Below, piece by piece: positions 35,755-47,147 of a stretch of 64,000 nucleotides of DNA. The notes beneath the pieces are model-generated. The model was not told the origin of the DNA and did not search any database. It worked only from the letters and a program-made list of their open reading frames with translations. The stretch is from NCBI RefSeq assembly GCF_025526975.1, contig NW_026515683.1, positions 248,001 through 312,000 of the forward strand. Direction: 5' to 3'. The position numbers and the translations under genes were made by a program. Each line of letters opens with the position of its first letter. Position 1 is the first letter of the stretch. This stretch comes from Fimicolochytrium jonesii. Lineage: Eukaryota.

Positions 35755-38120
35755 TCACGCCACTCCAAATACCGGCTGAAGGTATCTCATCCTCACGGGA
35801 GGAACGTAACTGGACCGCATGACCGTCGTGGACGTGCTTCCATCGATCAACCCCTCCGGCAGCACCCTGTTGCGATACCTGGTCGCCAAGCCGCGCGCGG
35901 CTTGCGTTAATTCACCCGCTGCTTTGATGCTGGACGGGGAGACGGGTGGGAAGCGACCCAGGGTCTGGGAGGTCGTCGTCCAACTGTGAAGATCGTGCGG
36001 AGATAGTTAGCGACATTCAAGTGCATCAGCGGGCCAAGAAGCATCAAATTTGGAACGCACTCATTGGCCTCCCCTTTCGCATTCCACCCTTCTCCGCTCT
36101 TCACGCCGCTCGGTACTCCCGCCGCTCTCTTCCCGGTCAATCTATGTGCCTCCTGCGCTTTCGTCGCTGCGATCATGTCCTCTCGCTGACAATCTTTGAT
36201 ATCCCCTTCCCATTGTCCGCTACCAAAGACACGACTTCCTCGGAACGCCTTTGCAGCGGTCCTACGACTCAGGACAGCTTGCGCGTGGGCCTTCCCCAGA
36301 AGCCTTGATGCGTCCGGTGTGGTTGCGTAGGCTGAGCGCGTACTGGATGTAGGCGTTGCGGTGGGCAAGTCGAAGGGGGAGCCCAGCAAATGTGGCGTGT
36401 CGGTAGGTGCTCCTGGATGCCTGATGGGAGAACCACTGGAGGAAGGCGCTGTAAATGCAGTGCGGGTGGTGGATGTGAGAGTATCCGGACCTGCGGATCC
36501 AAACACAACACTACTGGCAACCGGGATGATCTACACATACAGTTGTAGTAGAAATCGTTACTTCGTTAAGAAAATCGCTCGCAGCAATGCTCATGACAGT
36601 GCAATTAGCTTACATTTTGCGGTGCATGTTTGTGCGCTGGGCCATTGATCCCGTCCTTTAGACCGTAGCTCTCCATATACATGCTTTGTTTCAAATCGCC
36701 ATCCGCATCATGCTCGTCCAATACGCTCGATGGAACGTACGACTTGGCAACCGTTGGCCTTTCACCGTTTTCTGCCACTGCAGCCCTGAACGAGTATGAG
36801 TATGTGGAAGTTGCCGGGTCGGTTGCCGTTGAGTTCCCGAGCTGGATAGATGCGAAATGACGTGAGTGGTGCAACGAGAGTACCAAAGATATCATGCGGA
36901 ATCCTGACATCAAGCGCCTGTTTGGAGGAACACTCACCGAAAAATGCGCGCGGCCGCTGGCTTTTGCCCAGTTCGGTCTCTTTGCGGTGTAGTCAACACC
37001 CACCGGGTCTTTATATGCTAAATACCAAAGGATAAGAAACTGTCTTGGGACAGCACACAAAGCCACGACGTAACTTACATTGAGACGAGAGGCTCGCCCA
37101 CTGTTCTTTCTCCCCATCCTCCATGGCAAACGTCCATTCGCGTTTGTCATCCTCGTCTGGAGTGGTCCGTGGCTTTGAGGGTGTCGGATCTTCGCCGGGA
37201 GCCTGCGTCGCATCCCTCATGCTGCTAACGTAGGTAGGACTTCCGTCGGTGCCTAGGACTATATTTGTCCGTGTGTGTTTGTGCGGGATGGGAATGCGAC
37301 GTTTTGTAGGATGCTGGGTCATTGAGCGGATCAGAGACAATATCCGAAGCGCTTCGTTCTTTGCAAGCATCATAGCTGGCTGTCAACACCTTCACCTACC
37401 AAATGATAAGCCGAGTCATAGGTGCTGCCGCGCGGATGGTTCAAGACTTCAATGTCACGGAAAATCGGTGGGTAAACCTTGGGAGAAAACATGAACGTGT
37501 CAGCGACTTGCTGTGAAAACAGAAAAGGGAGCAGGACTGCTTACATTGTATCCTTTTTGGATCAGCTTGCCATCCACCTTTTCCAATGGCGGCTTTGGCC
37601 CATAGTCGATATGACTGCGAGGATGCTGTCTTGCGCTGCCGTCGTCCTCTTCCGGGCCTTCGAGAGTAAAATGCGTCCGTGCAATCTCCTGTGCAATCTT
37701 GAGATTCGGCTGGGCCCTCCCGGCAAGATTCCGCCTCGGGAAATCGGTTTTCATGGTGGTCTCCCATGGTGGCGGCTCCTCGTCTGCGTACGGAGAGCGA
37801 TAGTCACCAGCTTCAGCGTTGATTTGCGCTAGCAAAGAGGTGTGGGAGTCGAGCTTAGCAACGAGACAGCTTGATTGACTTCACTGAATCTCCTTACGCA
37901 AAACCCGATTGTCCCGTTCATGGCCGTATAATTTCCGTTCCATATATGCTTGATGCTCGCCGGTGTACTCCGTGAACCGAGGATCGAACTCCGAAGTCAA
38001 AGGGAGGAGAGCTGGAAGTCTGCTCGATGATTCATGGAGAATCTTAGGTGCCTCATGTCTGCCTGGGGGAATCACCACAGATGTCGCCGATGGGGGCAAA
38101 GTAGCCGCTGTAAAGCTCAT
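35755..38120 (-). CDS. Repeat protein with Mn-like motifs; candidate axonemal microtubule inner protein (SAXO/TEX45-like), multi-exon
   Basis: Recurring units: WETTMKTDF, THFTLEG, TNIVLG...YVSSMRD, AHFSLG...STYSYSF, SMYMESY, SSVVFG...STTRTAF, SSTRSAY and TTVMRSSYVPP. Confidence 0.6.
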
Positions 38121-39540
38121 ATTGTCCCGGCGGTGTACGAAATAAACGTATCTGTGCAAGTGTTGTCCTGACCGGTGCTAACCAAGTTTAAAAAGTCTGC
38201 AGAAGCTGGATATGGGACATGTGTTTCGATTCGCTGTTGGAGCTTTTTCTATGGTGCATAACCGTTGACTACAATTCTCAACAAGCTTCTACTAAGGTAA
38301 GGTGTAAGTTATACTAAGACAGTGTGACGGTCAAAAATAAGTTCTTAAGGCCAGTTATTGTCCCGAAGGGAAACCAAACTTACTGGAACGGCATGCTCAA
38401 TCCGAAACTCCGCCAACAGTATTGACAGTGCCAGATCGACAGTGACAGTAAAACTGCTGTCATCTGCCGGAGTATATTCTCAGGCCCGTATATGAACTGG
38501 ACTTCATGGGCGGCATTCTTGCTCAGCCTGCCAGTATGGATGAAAAGATAACGTCCCGTGTTCCAATTTGGGCGTCCATGCAAGGTTTTGCGGGGGTGCA
38601 CGGAGATTGAAGCAAGGAATTTAACGATTTGGGTCACCTTTAGAAGAGCGGAAGCGGCGCTGCAGAGAAGCGACAATGGTCAGTACGTATGATTGAACTG
38701 ACGTGCCGTCCCAGGACGATGTGGGGAACAACATCCATTTCAGACCCGAGCGGGTCTCCGCTGAAAGAAGGAGCTCAGGCTTAGCCATTGCAGACTTCAG
38801 AACAGCTCGGTCCAAGAAAGGCAGCAGCTTTCGACGGATGACTGTCCGCTTCCATTTACCATACGAATACGAAAATCAAAGTTCTCTAACGAAAGCCGAC
38901 ATTTATAAGAAGGTGATTCCTATTGAAGGAAGAGGAGTTACCTTTTTATATCCGCGCTACAGAATCCTCTCCATACTGAACTTTGATCCTGAGATGTGGA
39001 TTTTTCGAAGTCGCAACCCTCACCCGCCGGCATCCATTTCACAGTACAACAGCCATATATAAAGTCGACCTTAGAGGACAAACTTTGGACATCATGTTAG
39101 GTGCATAGGTCCCATAGATACGCGGTCATACGGATGAAGAAGCACGGAGCGGAAAACATCTCGCGTCGCGCTGTCGCTTTCCTGTCAAACGTGATCCCCG
39201 ACGTGCATATAAAACGAAGCTATAAACTGCCTAAGCGGGAACCAGCGTTGGCATTGTTCTCACGGGGCTCTCCGAAATCAGGGGATACATTGAATCCGTG
39301 GGAGACAGTGATGCATTCTGAGCACCGTAACAAAGAACGATTCATGGGACGGCACCAATTAACAGCGGTTTTTGGCGCCACGAAAGTGTAACGACAGCTG
39401 TATGTGACCATTGACGAGGCAGTGCTCATCACCTTCATATTCGGTGCCATCGCTTGCTCCCGCTGCTGGATGTGCACGCACCGAGATTTCTGACCTCAAC
39501 TAAACTGATGCAGCGCCTTGGATAGGCGGCGAGCATTCTG

Positions 39541-39602
39541 CACGTAGGATCTCGCAACGGACACGTAGGATCTCCGAACGGACACTAGAATCTCGCAACG
39601 AA
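39541..39602. repeat. 21-bp unit x3 immediately upstream of the histidine kinase start codon
   Basis: CACGTAGGATCTCGCAACGGA / CACGTAGGATCTCCGAACGGA / CACTAGAATCTCGCAACGAA. Confidence 0.9.
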
Positions 39603-39630
39603 CGAAACTTTGTTTACATCGAGGCCGAAC

Positions 39631-42359
39631 ATGTCGCACGATGGGTGCCAGCCGATGTCGACGTCAGACATTTGGTGTGACTACATCATTGCGGTGGCTT
39701 ATTTTGCTCTGCCCTTGCAGCTCTTTCACCTCTGTCAGGCGTTGCGGAATGTCACCAATACTAGCCACAAGCTGCTCCTCGCGCTCTTCGTGCTGTTCAT
39801 CCTCCTTTGCGGGGTGTCACATGCGCTGTCGGCGCTCCGGCTTTCGAAGTCGCTGATTCTACTCCTTACGTCTGTCGTGTCCGTCGCGGCCGCCATCGCG
39901 ACACACGCCCTCGGGCCACACCTAATCAAGCTCGTCTCGACGGCTCATTTCGAGTTATCGATGTTGAAAGGCCTCAGAGAAATCTCTCTGAAGTGTTGCG
40001 AATTGGCGACCCCGGAAGAGCTGCTCGCGAACTTGCGTCACACTATGAATGTTACCTATCCGATGTACGATTTTCGATTCGTCTGTGCCGATGCGTGTCC
40101 CGATGCGCACCATATATTGGATGATCTGTATCTTGAAATCGCGCCCCTCATCGGCTCTGATCCTATCTACAACACGGTGTCATCATTATGGGTCGAGTGC
40201 CTGGTCAACCAGATTCGGGTTGCCTATCATTTTGCCTTCGTGTTGGACTTCTCGCCCGATATCATATTGAAAGTCGATACGTGGGGAAAGGTCTGTTATC
40301 GAAATAAGCGATGGCGAGAGTTCAACAGCAGCGGTGTAGAGCTGAGAGACTCATTGCCACTCGTACATCCCGACGATCGGGACGCAGTCATGGAAACATG
40401 GGGCGAATGTATAAAGAAACGGACGAATTACTTCTATGAGTACAGAATGCTGCACGACGATGGGACGTATCATTGGATACAATCCAATTGCCAAATCTGC
40501 CGAAGTCCGGTGACGCACCTGACCCACTGGTACGGTGTTATAAGGGACATCAACCAAAGCAAGATCCTGACGGAAGAAGTGATGAAACAAAAGGCGTTTC
40601 TGCAAACCGTCCTAAATGCTGTACCGATCGCACTAGTTGTGGCGAAATATCCTGAAGGTCGAAAAGTAATCACAAATCCGACTGCCGTCGAGTTTGCCAA
40701 CGAGAAGGACGCATCCGACAACAACGAGAACTGCAAAGGGTTCCGAGCGGGCATCCCAATTGCCCCTGGAGATTGGCCTCTTGACCAAACTGTGCGGACG
40801 GGAATACCAGTTGAGCCGGAGCGCATCGATATGCGCCATGGAGACGGGACAGTGAGACACTGGAACGTTTCGACCCTGATGATATACGAGAAAGGCCATC
40901 CCACCCACGTTGTCGGTCTTGCTCATGACCAGACACTTCTATACGAGATGCAGGAAAAGTTGGACCGATTCGCCCAGGCATCAATGGCCGCCGTGGAATT
41001 CAAGAGTCGAATGATGGCAAACATCTCACATGAACTGCGAACCCCGATGAATGGTAATTCGGATCACACCCTCCAAATCTATTCCTCCCTCAAACCGAAA
41101 TCGATCTGACGCACTTTGTTTCTACCTTCTACAGCAATTATGGGGCTAATCACGATGGTGCAGGATGATACGACTTTACCCTCATCGACGTCCGTGACAA
41201 TCAAAGAGACGCTGAAATCCTGCAAATCGCTTTCGAACCTGATTGAGAACCTTCTAGGTGTCTCTGCTGGCCCCGAACCCATGGTTCAAACCGGTGAAGA
41301 ATTCAAAATCTTGCCCGTCATACACGACGTGCTCCGGGTTTACGCAAATCAAATCAAAGAACGTTCCATCCAAGTGGTCGTGCCTCTGACGGACGAAGTG
41401 CAGGAGTCAGTGTACCATGGCCGCCGAGATGGAATTGAGAAGGCGCTCTCTCTCCTCGTCGATAATGCGGTGAAATTCAACTCGGAAGGCGGAACAGTCA
41501 TCATAAACGCAGAGCACGATGGAAAAAGACTTCGGTTGACCGTTTCTGATACGGGAATCGGCATCAGCCCCGAGAATCAACAAAAAATGTACGAAATATT
41601 CTGGCAGGCGGACAATGCCTGGAACAGACAGTATACGGGCGCCGGCATAGGGTTGTCCATTTGCAAGCAGCTTGTTGAGAGCATGCGAGGCACGCTATCT
41701 TGCGAAAGCGTAATAGGGCAGGGGACGCTTTTCCGCCTTCTAATACCGCTGCATCGTATGCCACCCGCCGCAAGCGAACCCGAAAGCTTGCACATTCTCG
41801 TCGCGGAGGATAACAAGATCAATCAGATTATTACGAAGAAGCTTCTCATCAAGCTCGGGCATACGGTTGATGTTGTGGAAAACGGAAAACTTGCGGTTGA
41901 GGCCTACAACCCGGACACTTATGACTTGGTATGTCTCACGGGCATGAGGATGGACGATTTATATTGTAGACGATGTACGAACGACACATCTCAATGGGGT
42001 CACTTCAATGCACAGGTTCTGATGGATTTGCATATGCCCGTCTGTGACGGTTTTTGTGCTGTAAGTTTTCGCATTGGCGCATTCACCTCTTTCATGTGGT
42101 CTAATATCCATGTGCCCAGACAAAGCGAATACGACAAAATGAGAAGCGCAATGATTGGCGGCACGTTCCAATCATTGCATTCACAGCGGGAGCGAATTTC
42201 ACTCAGGCCGAGTTCATGGCCTCAGGACTGGACGATATCATCACGAAACCCAACACGAATCAGGACATGGGAAAGATTATTCTGAAATGGTGGACAAAAT
42301 GCAAGAATGGGTTGTCAACTTCTAATACAGACTTGAGCTCAATAGGGTTGCTCCCATAG
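39631..42359 (+). CDS. Ethylene-receptor-like hybrid histidine kinase (EBD - reduced GAF - PAS - PAS - HisKA - HATPase - REC); exons 39631-41053, 41135-41928, 42015-42060, 42120-42359
   Basis: TM1 DYIIAVAYFALP, TM2 FILLCGVSH and TM3 LTSVVSVAAA match ETR1. PAS motif VHPDDR...EYRM..DGTYHW. H box SHELRTPMNAIMG. N/G1/G2 boxes DNAVKF, DTGIGI and GAGIGL. Receiver AEDN, MDLHMP, FTA and KP. Confidence 0.92.
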
Positions 42360-42823
42360 TTAGAGTCCAGACCTTCCTTCGTTCCTTCAAGTATATACTA
42401 CGGAAATTTGCCATAAAGGCGTACACATAGCATGTTTTTTCCATGCTATTTCTCATCGTGTTTCCTTGAAGCATGTCTGAGGCACATTTTCAGTCAGAAA
42501 TGAATCTGAGAACTTTCATGGGGTGAGTGGTGCCCGCGGAACATCTAGCATGGTAAGTGAGCATCCGCACGCTGCTGCTGGCCCGCGACAATTGTTAAGA
42601 GGGTATTGCCAATGCAAGCGTTATCAACTCGATAGTCCCTGCGCGCGCTCGCAAATGAAGTTGTCACGGCGAACTACGATCTGAGTCCATAACAATATCG
42701 ATCTATTTCTGTACAATGGCCTGTGCGACAACATGATTCAACCGTTGCAGGAATCTACTCAAGAATCTAGACGACAAATGATGTAAAGATGTATGCTCCT
42801 AATGACCGACGCAGGATGCTACC

Positions 42824-45416
42824 CTAGGGCTTCCCAGCAGCAGCAGCCTCGGCGGCTTCTCTTTGAGCGGCGTACTTCGCCTTGAGCATGGCCTTGTAAT
42901 CGTGAATATCTCCCTCGAACTCCTCGACCTCGCCGTCGTGGACAATCCAGATTTCCTTGGCCACTTGGTCGATCAGCCGGAAGTCCTGAACGATAGCAAA
43001 TATAGATGAATTAGAACCAGATATCCATGTGTGGTAGAGATGAGAGATCCCAATACTCACGTGTGTAATGAACACAACACCGCCGTCGTATTCGTTGATA
43101 GCCTCTGCGAGTGCATCAATAGTTTCGATATCCAATGCGTTAGTAGGCTCATCCATCAAGAACCTGGGTTAGGGAAGACGTCATCAGCAAAAGAGTTTCC
43201 GGACATCTATAACAAAGGAGGGCACGTACATATGCGGTGTCTTCAGACCCAGGTAGGCAAAGATGACACGACGCCTTTGACCATCGCTGAGCTGTCGCAT
43301 CGGGATGACTTGACTTTTGCCAGTGAGGCCATATCGCCCGACTTCCCTCCGCATTTCCTGGTCCCTCCACTCCTTAAACTGCCCGCAGAGCCACTGGACA
43401 GCGGACTGTTCCATATCCAGCTGGTCTCCCATATGTTGGTGGAACTGCGCAATCCGCAGGTGATGGTTTCGTGTGACGGTTCCCTCTGTCGGTTGAAGCT
43501 CGCCGAGCATAAGCTTGATGAGTGTGGACTTTCCTGCACCGTTGGGTCCCACCAACGCGATGCGGGAGTCCAGATCTATTCCAAAGTTGAGATCATGGAA
43601 CAGCTTGCGACCCCCCGGGTAGTTGAAGCCAGCATCGCGGAACTTGAGTACAGGTGGAGGCAACCCTCGTCCGCAGTCGTTGAACCGTAATGTGAGGGGT
43701 TTATCCCAAATGAGCTCTTCCTCAAGAGCCTTGTTCTTTTCCTTATCCTTCTCTGACCGCTTCTCCATCGCCTTCACTCGATTCTTGGCCTGTGTTTGTT
43801 GCTTCGAACCGGTCTTGCCAAGACTTTCCTTGATCTTCTCCATTTGTTTTGCTTCCGTTCTCGCCCGCTTATTTAGCAGAATATCCTTTTCTGCACGAAC
43901 TTTTGTGAACGTGTTGTAATTGCCGGGGTAATGGTCAAGACGCTGGTGGTACAAATGGATGATATCCGTGCAGATTTCATTCAGTGTGTCTTGGGAGTGA
44001 GATGTCATGACAAGAGTGTGACCTATGGTAATAGAAGGAAAAGGGTGAGCTGTGGTTCGAGGCGTACGTAGTGCAGTTGAAGAAAGACTATCCGCGCGAA
44101 CCTTCGAGGTTATGCAATAAATAATCTTCCAACCACACGACGGCTTCCAGATCCAGGTGATTCGTCGGCTCATCTAGAAGCATCAACGTGGGCTTCACGA
44201 AGAGGATACGAGCAAGGGAGATCCTCATCCTCCATCCACCAGACAAATCTTTCGTCTTCGTTGCAATGAGTTCATCAGTGAAACTCAACCCCTTCAGAAT
44301 GTCCAATGCGCGGCGCTCAGCCCCGTCCGCCTCAAGCTCACCGAGCCTGGTCTGGATATAATCTAATCTGACGGCGTGTTTGTCTGGGTCACCCAGCAGA
44401 TCTTCCATCTCGGTCATGAGATGCTCATGCTCTGTCTTCGTGATGTCCAAGACGGCTTCTATTGATGTCATCTCGGTGGCTGTAAACTCGCGATCGAGCA
44501 GATACACGTCAAGCGTTCGTGGCATTGGTAGCAGGCCACAGGCTATTGCATGAAGTAGCGTGGACTTCCCCGATCCGTTCGGCGCAATGAGACCGTACCG
44601 GCGTCCGTTGATGAGAGACAACTCGGACTCCTTGATGAGGAGCTTACCAAAGGCCTGCACCGTGAGCTTATCGACTTGCATATCCCGAGAGTTTGGCGGT
44701 GAGAGCAAATTGCCTGTAACAGCGATGGCATCGGCAGGGTTGGTACCTTCTGGCCCTGGGGCTTGACCAGAGGCGTATCCGTATGTCCCCGGCGTGCTCT
44801 TCCGGTCTTCATCGGGAACGTTATTCGTGTCCTCATCAGACGCCAGGTCAGCGGCATCAGTCTTCTTTGACTTTCTCTTCTTTTCAGCCTTCTCCTTTTT
44901 GCGCTCCTCTCGCGACTTTTTCGGCTTCTTCTCCTTAGTCTCGTGTTCGTCTCCATCGGCTTCTTCGCCTTCCTCCTCGTCACCCGACAGAGCTGGCGAG
45001 GCGTTCTTACTGCTGCTGGCACTCTTCTTCTTATCGGTTTTTTTCGAGGAAGACTTTTCGCCTTCTTTATCTCCCCTCTTCTTCTTTCCCTTCTTCTGTG
45101 TACTGTCCACTTCCTCGTCGTCGTCCCCCATTGCCAGCGCGGCAAATGAACCGCTCATGCCACCAACTGCTGCGTCTTCATCGTCTCCGTCCTCTTCGTC
45201 AACATCGTCTTCGAGCATGGCGAAGGCGTTCGGAGCGGGTTTGGGTGCAGCCTTCTTCTTCGACTTTGTTGGTTTCGAGGGAGCGGGGATCTCCAAGGCG
45301 TCGTCGGAGACCTCCCCATGGGGCTCGGCCTTGAGAACGTCTGGGACATTGTCCTCCTTGTCGGAGTCCCAAGCGTCCTTATTTGCCTTTTTCTTATTCT
45401 TATTCTTGGGCGGCAT
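42824..45416 (-). CDS. ABCF-family (non-transporter) ATPase with charged N-terminus, multi-exon
   Basis: Two nucleotide-binding domains: [27 protein letters not shown] and [25 protein letters not shown]. No TM segments. Confidence 0.95.
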
Positions 45417-45709
45417 TGTTTCCTAGTTTGTGTCCTCCCGAGTGGTCTGTGTACTGTACGTGGCAGGTGGGTTTGAACTTGTAACTTGGAAAAGTACTGC
45501 AAAATGGACTAAGTTGAAATGAGGGGTGGCGCAGTCCTTAGAGACAGTCCCACTCAGTCCCAACTCAGTCCCAACGCGAAGGAAAGGCCCATCGTGAGAA
45601 ATATCGCCACGATCGGGGGGGTCCGTTGACTTGACTTGGGCATAAGTTACGGAATACAGGAAAGTGCTGCTAGCGTCGAGATAGACAGCTTCCGCTGCCC
45701 AAGTCGATC

Positions 45710-47147
45710 ATGGCGGACACGACCGTTCACATTCTCATTCTTGACGAGGTTGGAACGCCCTCGCTCAACAAAGCTGCCTCCTACACGTCGTTTGTTTCAC
45801 CATCGGACAATGTTCGGTTATTGATAATCAGTTCGAAAGGGGCTCTTTCCGACGGTTTGTTCTGCGTTTTTGCCTGAGGTCCCTAGCAAAGTCCGAAAGT
45901 TCCGGAAATAACGGTCTGTTCGTACAGCTGATAAGGCGGACTCGTTAGCGTACGTTGAGTTGGCAACCCCCACGACAAACGGACTTGTGGAAGTGGAGGC
46001 GTCGGCTCTGCACGCAAAGCATCGGATAGACCGTATTTACACCAAGCAGGAAGACCTGATTCTTCGAGCTTCATTGCTTCGCGAACTCCTGGGAATCAAG
46101 AACGGTCTGAACTACCAGGACGCTATTCTGTTCCGCGATAAAGAAGCCATGAAACGAATTGTGAAACATGCCGCCTTTCCTGTACCATCCTTTGCAAGAG
46201 TGTACAGCCCGGCATCCATTCTGCAGTTTCTTCAAATGGAGCACTTGCCAATAATTTTGAAACCCACGTTAGGGTCGGCATCGGCTGGAATTACAGTGCT
46301 TCGGACGGATGCAGAACTCAAAAAGCACTTGGAGAAAGAATTTTACGAGCGCATTGACGATAAAGGCAAATGCATGGACTATTCTGCATCCGGGGATATC
46401 ATAGTGGAGGCGTTTGTAGACCCCGCCACAAGCAAGATGTACCATGTGAACGGGTACGCTCAGAACGGCGCCCTCAAGATTGTTTGGCCGTTTGCATACA
46501 TCCAAACCAATCTGGGCTTCACGACGGGAAAAGCGTATGGGAACGTCTTGATTCCTCAGAGCGACCCGAAGAATGCGAAACTTCTTGAAGCTACTGAGAA
46601 GGTTCTGAAAGCACTACCGACTGTCGATCATCTGATATTCCATTTGGAATTGTTCGAGACCAAGAGGAAAGCTTCTGGCGCACAAGAAGGGGGTGAAACC
46701 ACAGAATTTGTCCTCTGTGAGATTGCGGCGAGACGCCCGGGGGGTTCGATCGGAGGCCTGATTGGTCTAGCCGAGAACTATAATTTTGCGGAAATGGAAT
46801 TCAGGCTTTCCAACGGTCTACCTCTGCGGCAAGATCGCAGTTCGGTCGCCCCAATAGTGAAGCATCCCAACTTCTCGTTGGGAGACTTACTGATACCCCG
46901 CCGTATTGGGAAACTGCTCTCCATCCCCGGGTCGGTCTCGCTATGTCCGGTGTCAGACGTTCAGTACTTTCCCATTGCCAAATCCGGGACAGAATATACC
47001 GGATTTCACATCAGCACCATGAACACTGCAGCGCGATTGGTCGTGACGATGGAGGACGGGTCTGCGGAAGCCGTCCAGGCGAAGCTGGCCGAGGCTCAGA
47101 ACTGGTTCGATGCTGAGGTTCGATATGAAATAACCTTACGGCAATGA
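45710..47147 (+). CDS. ATP-grasp amino-acid/peptide ligase (NikS/L-amino-acid ligase-like); exons 45710-45854, 45928-47147
   Basis: FRDKEAMK, PIILKPTLGSASAGI, IIVEAFVD, YHVNG, FHLELF and LCEIAARRPGG. The single phase-1 intron 45855-45927 joins an upstream ATG exon in frame. Confidence 0.85.

Noticed and set aside
39541..39602. Possible CRISPR-like array
   Set aside because: The units are contiguous with no spacers, there are no cas genes, and the context is eukaryotic.
45546..45576. CAGTCCCA(A)CT x3 in the ABCF/ATP-grasp spacer
   Set aside because: A short imperfect repeat with no known motif; not enough to call it regulatory.
42824..47147. ABCF + ATP-grasp divergent pair as a toxin/self-resistance cluster
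   Set aside because: The ABCF has introns and a eukaryotic charged N-terminus and looks like a housekeeping translation factor. No other biosynthetic or transporter genes are adjacent, and adjacency alone is weak evidence.
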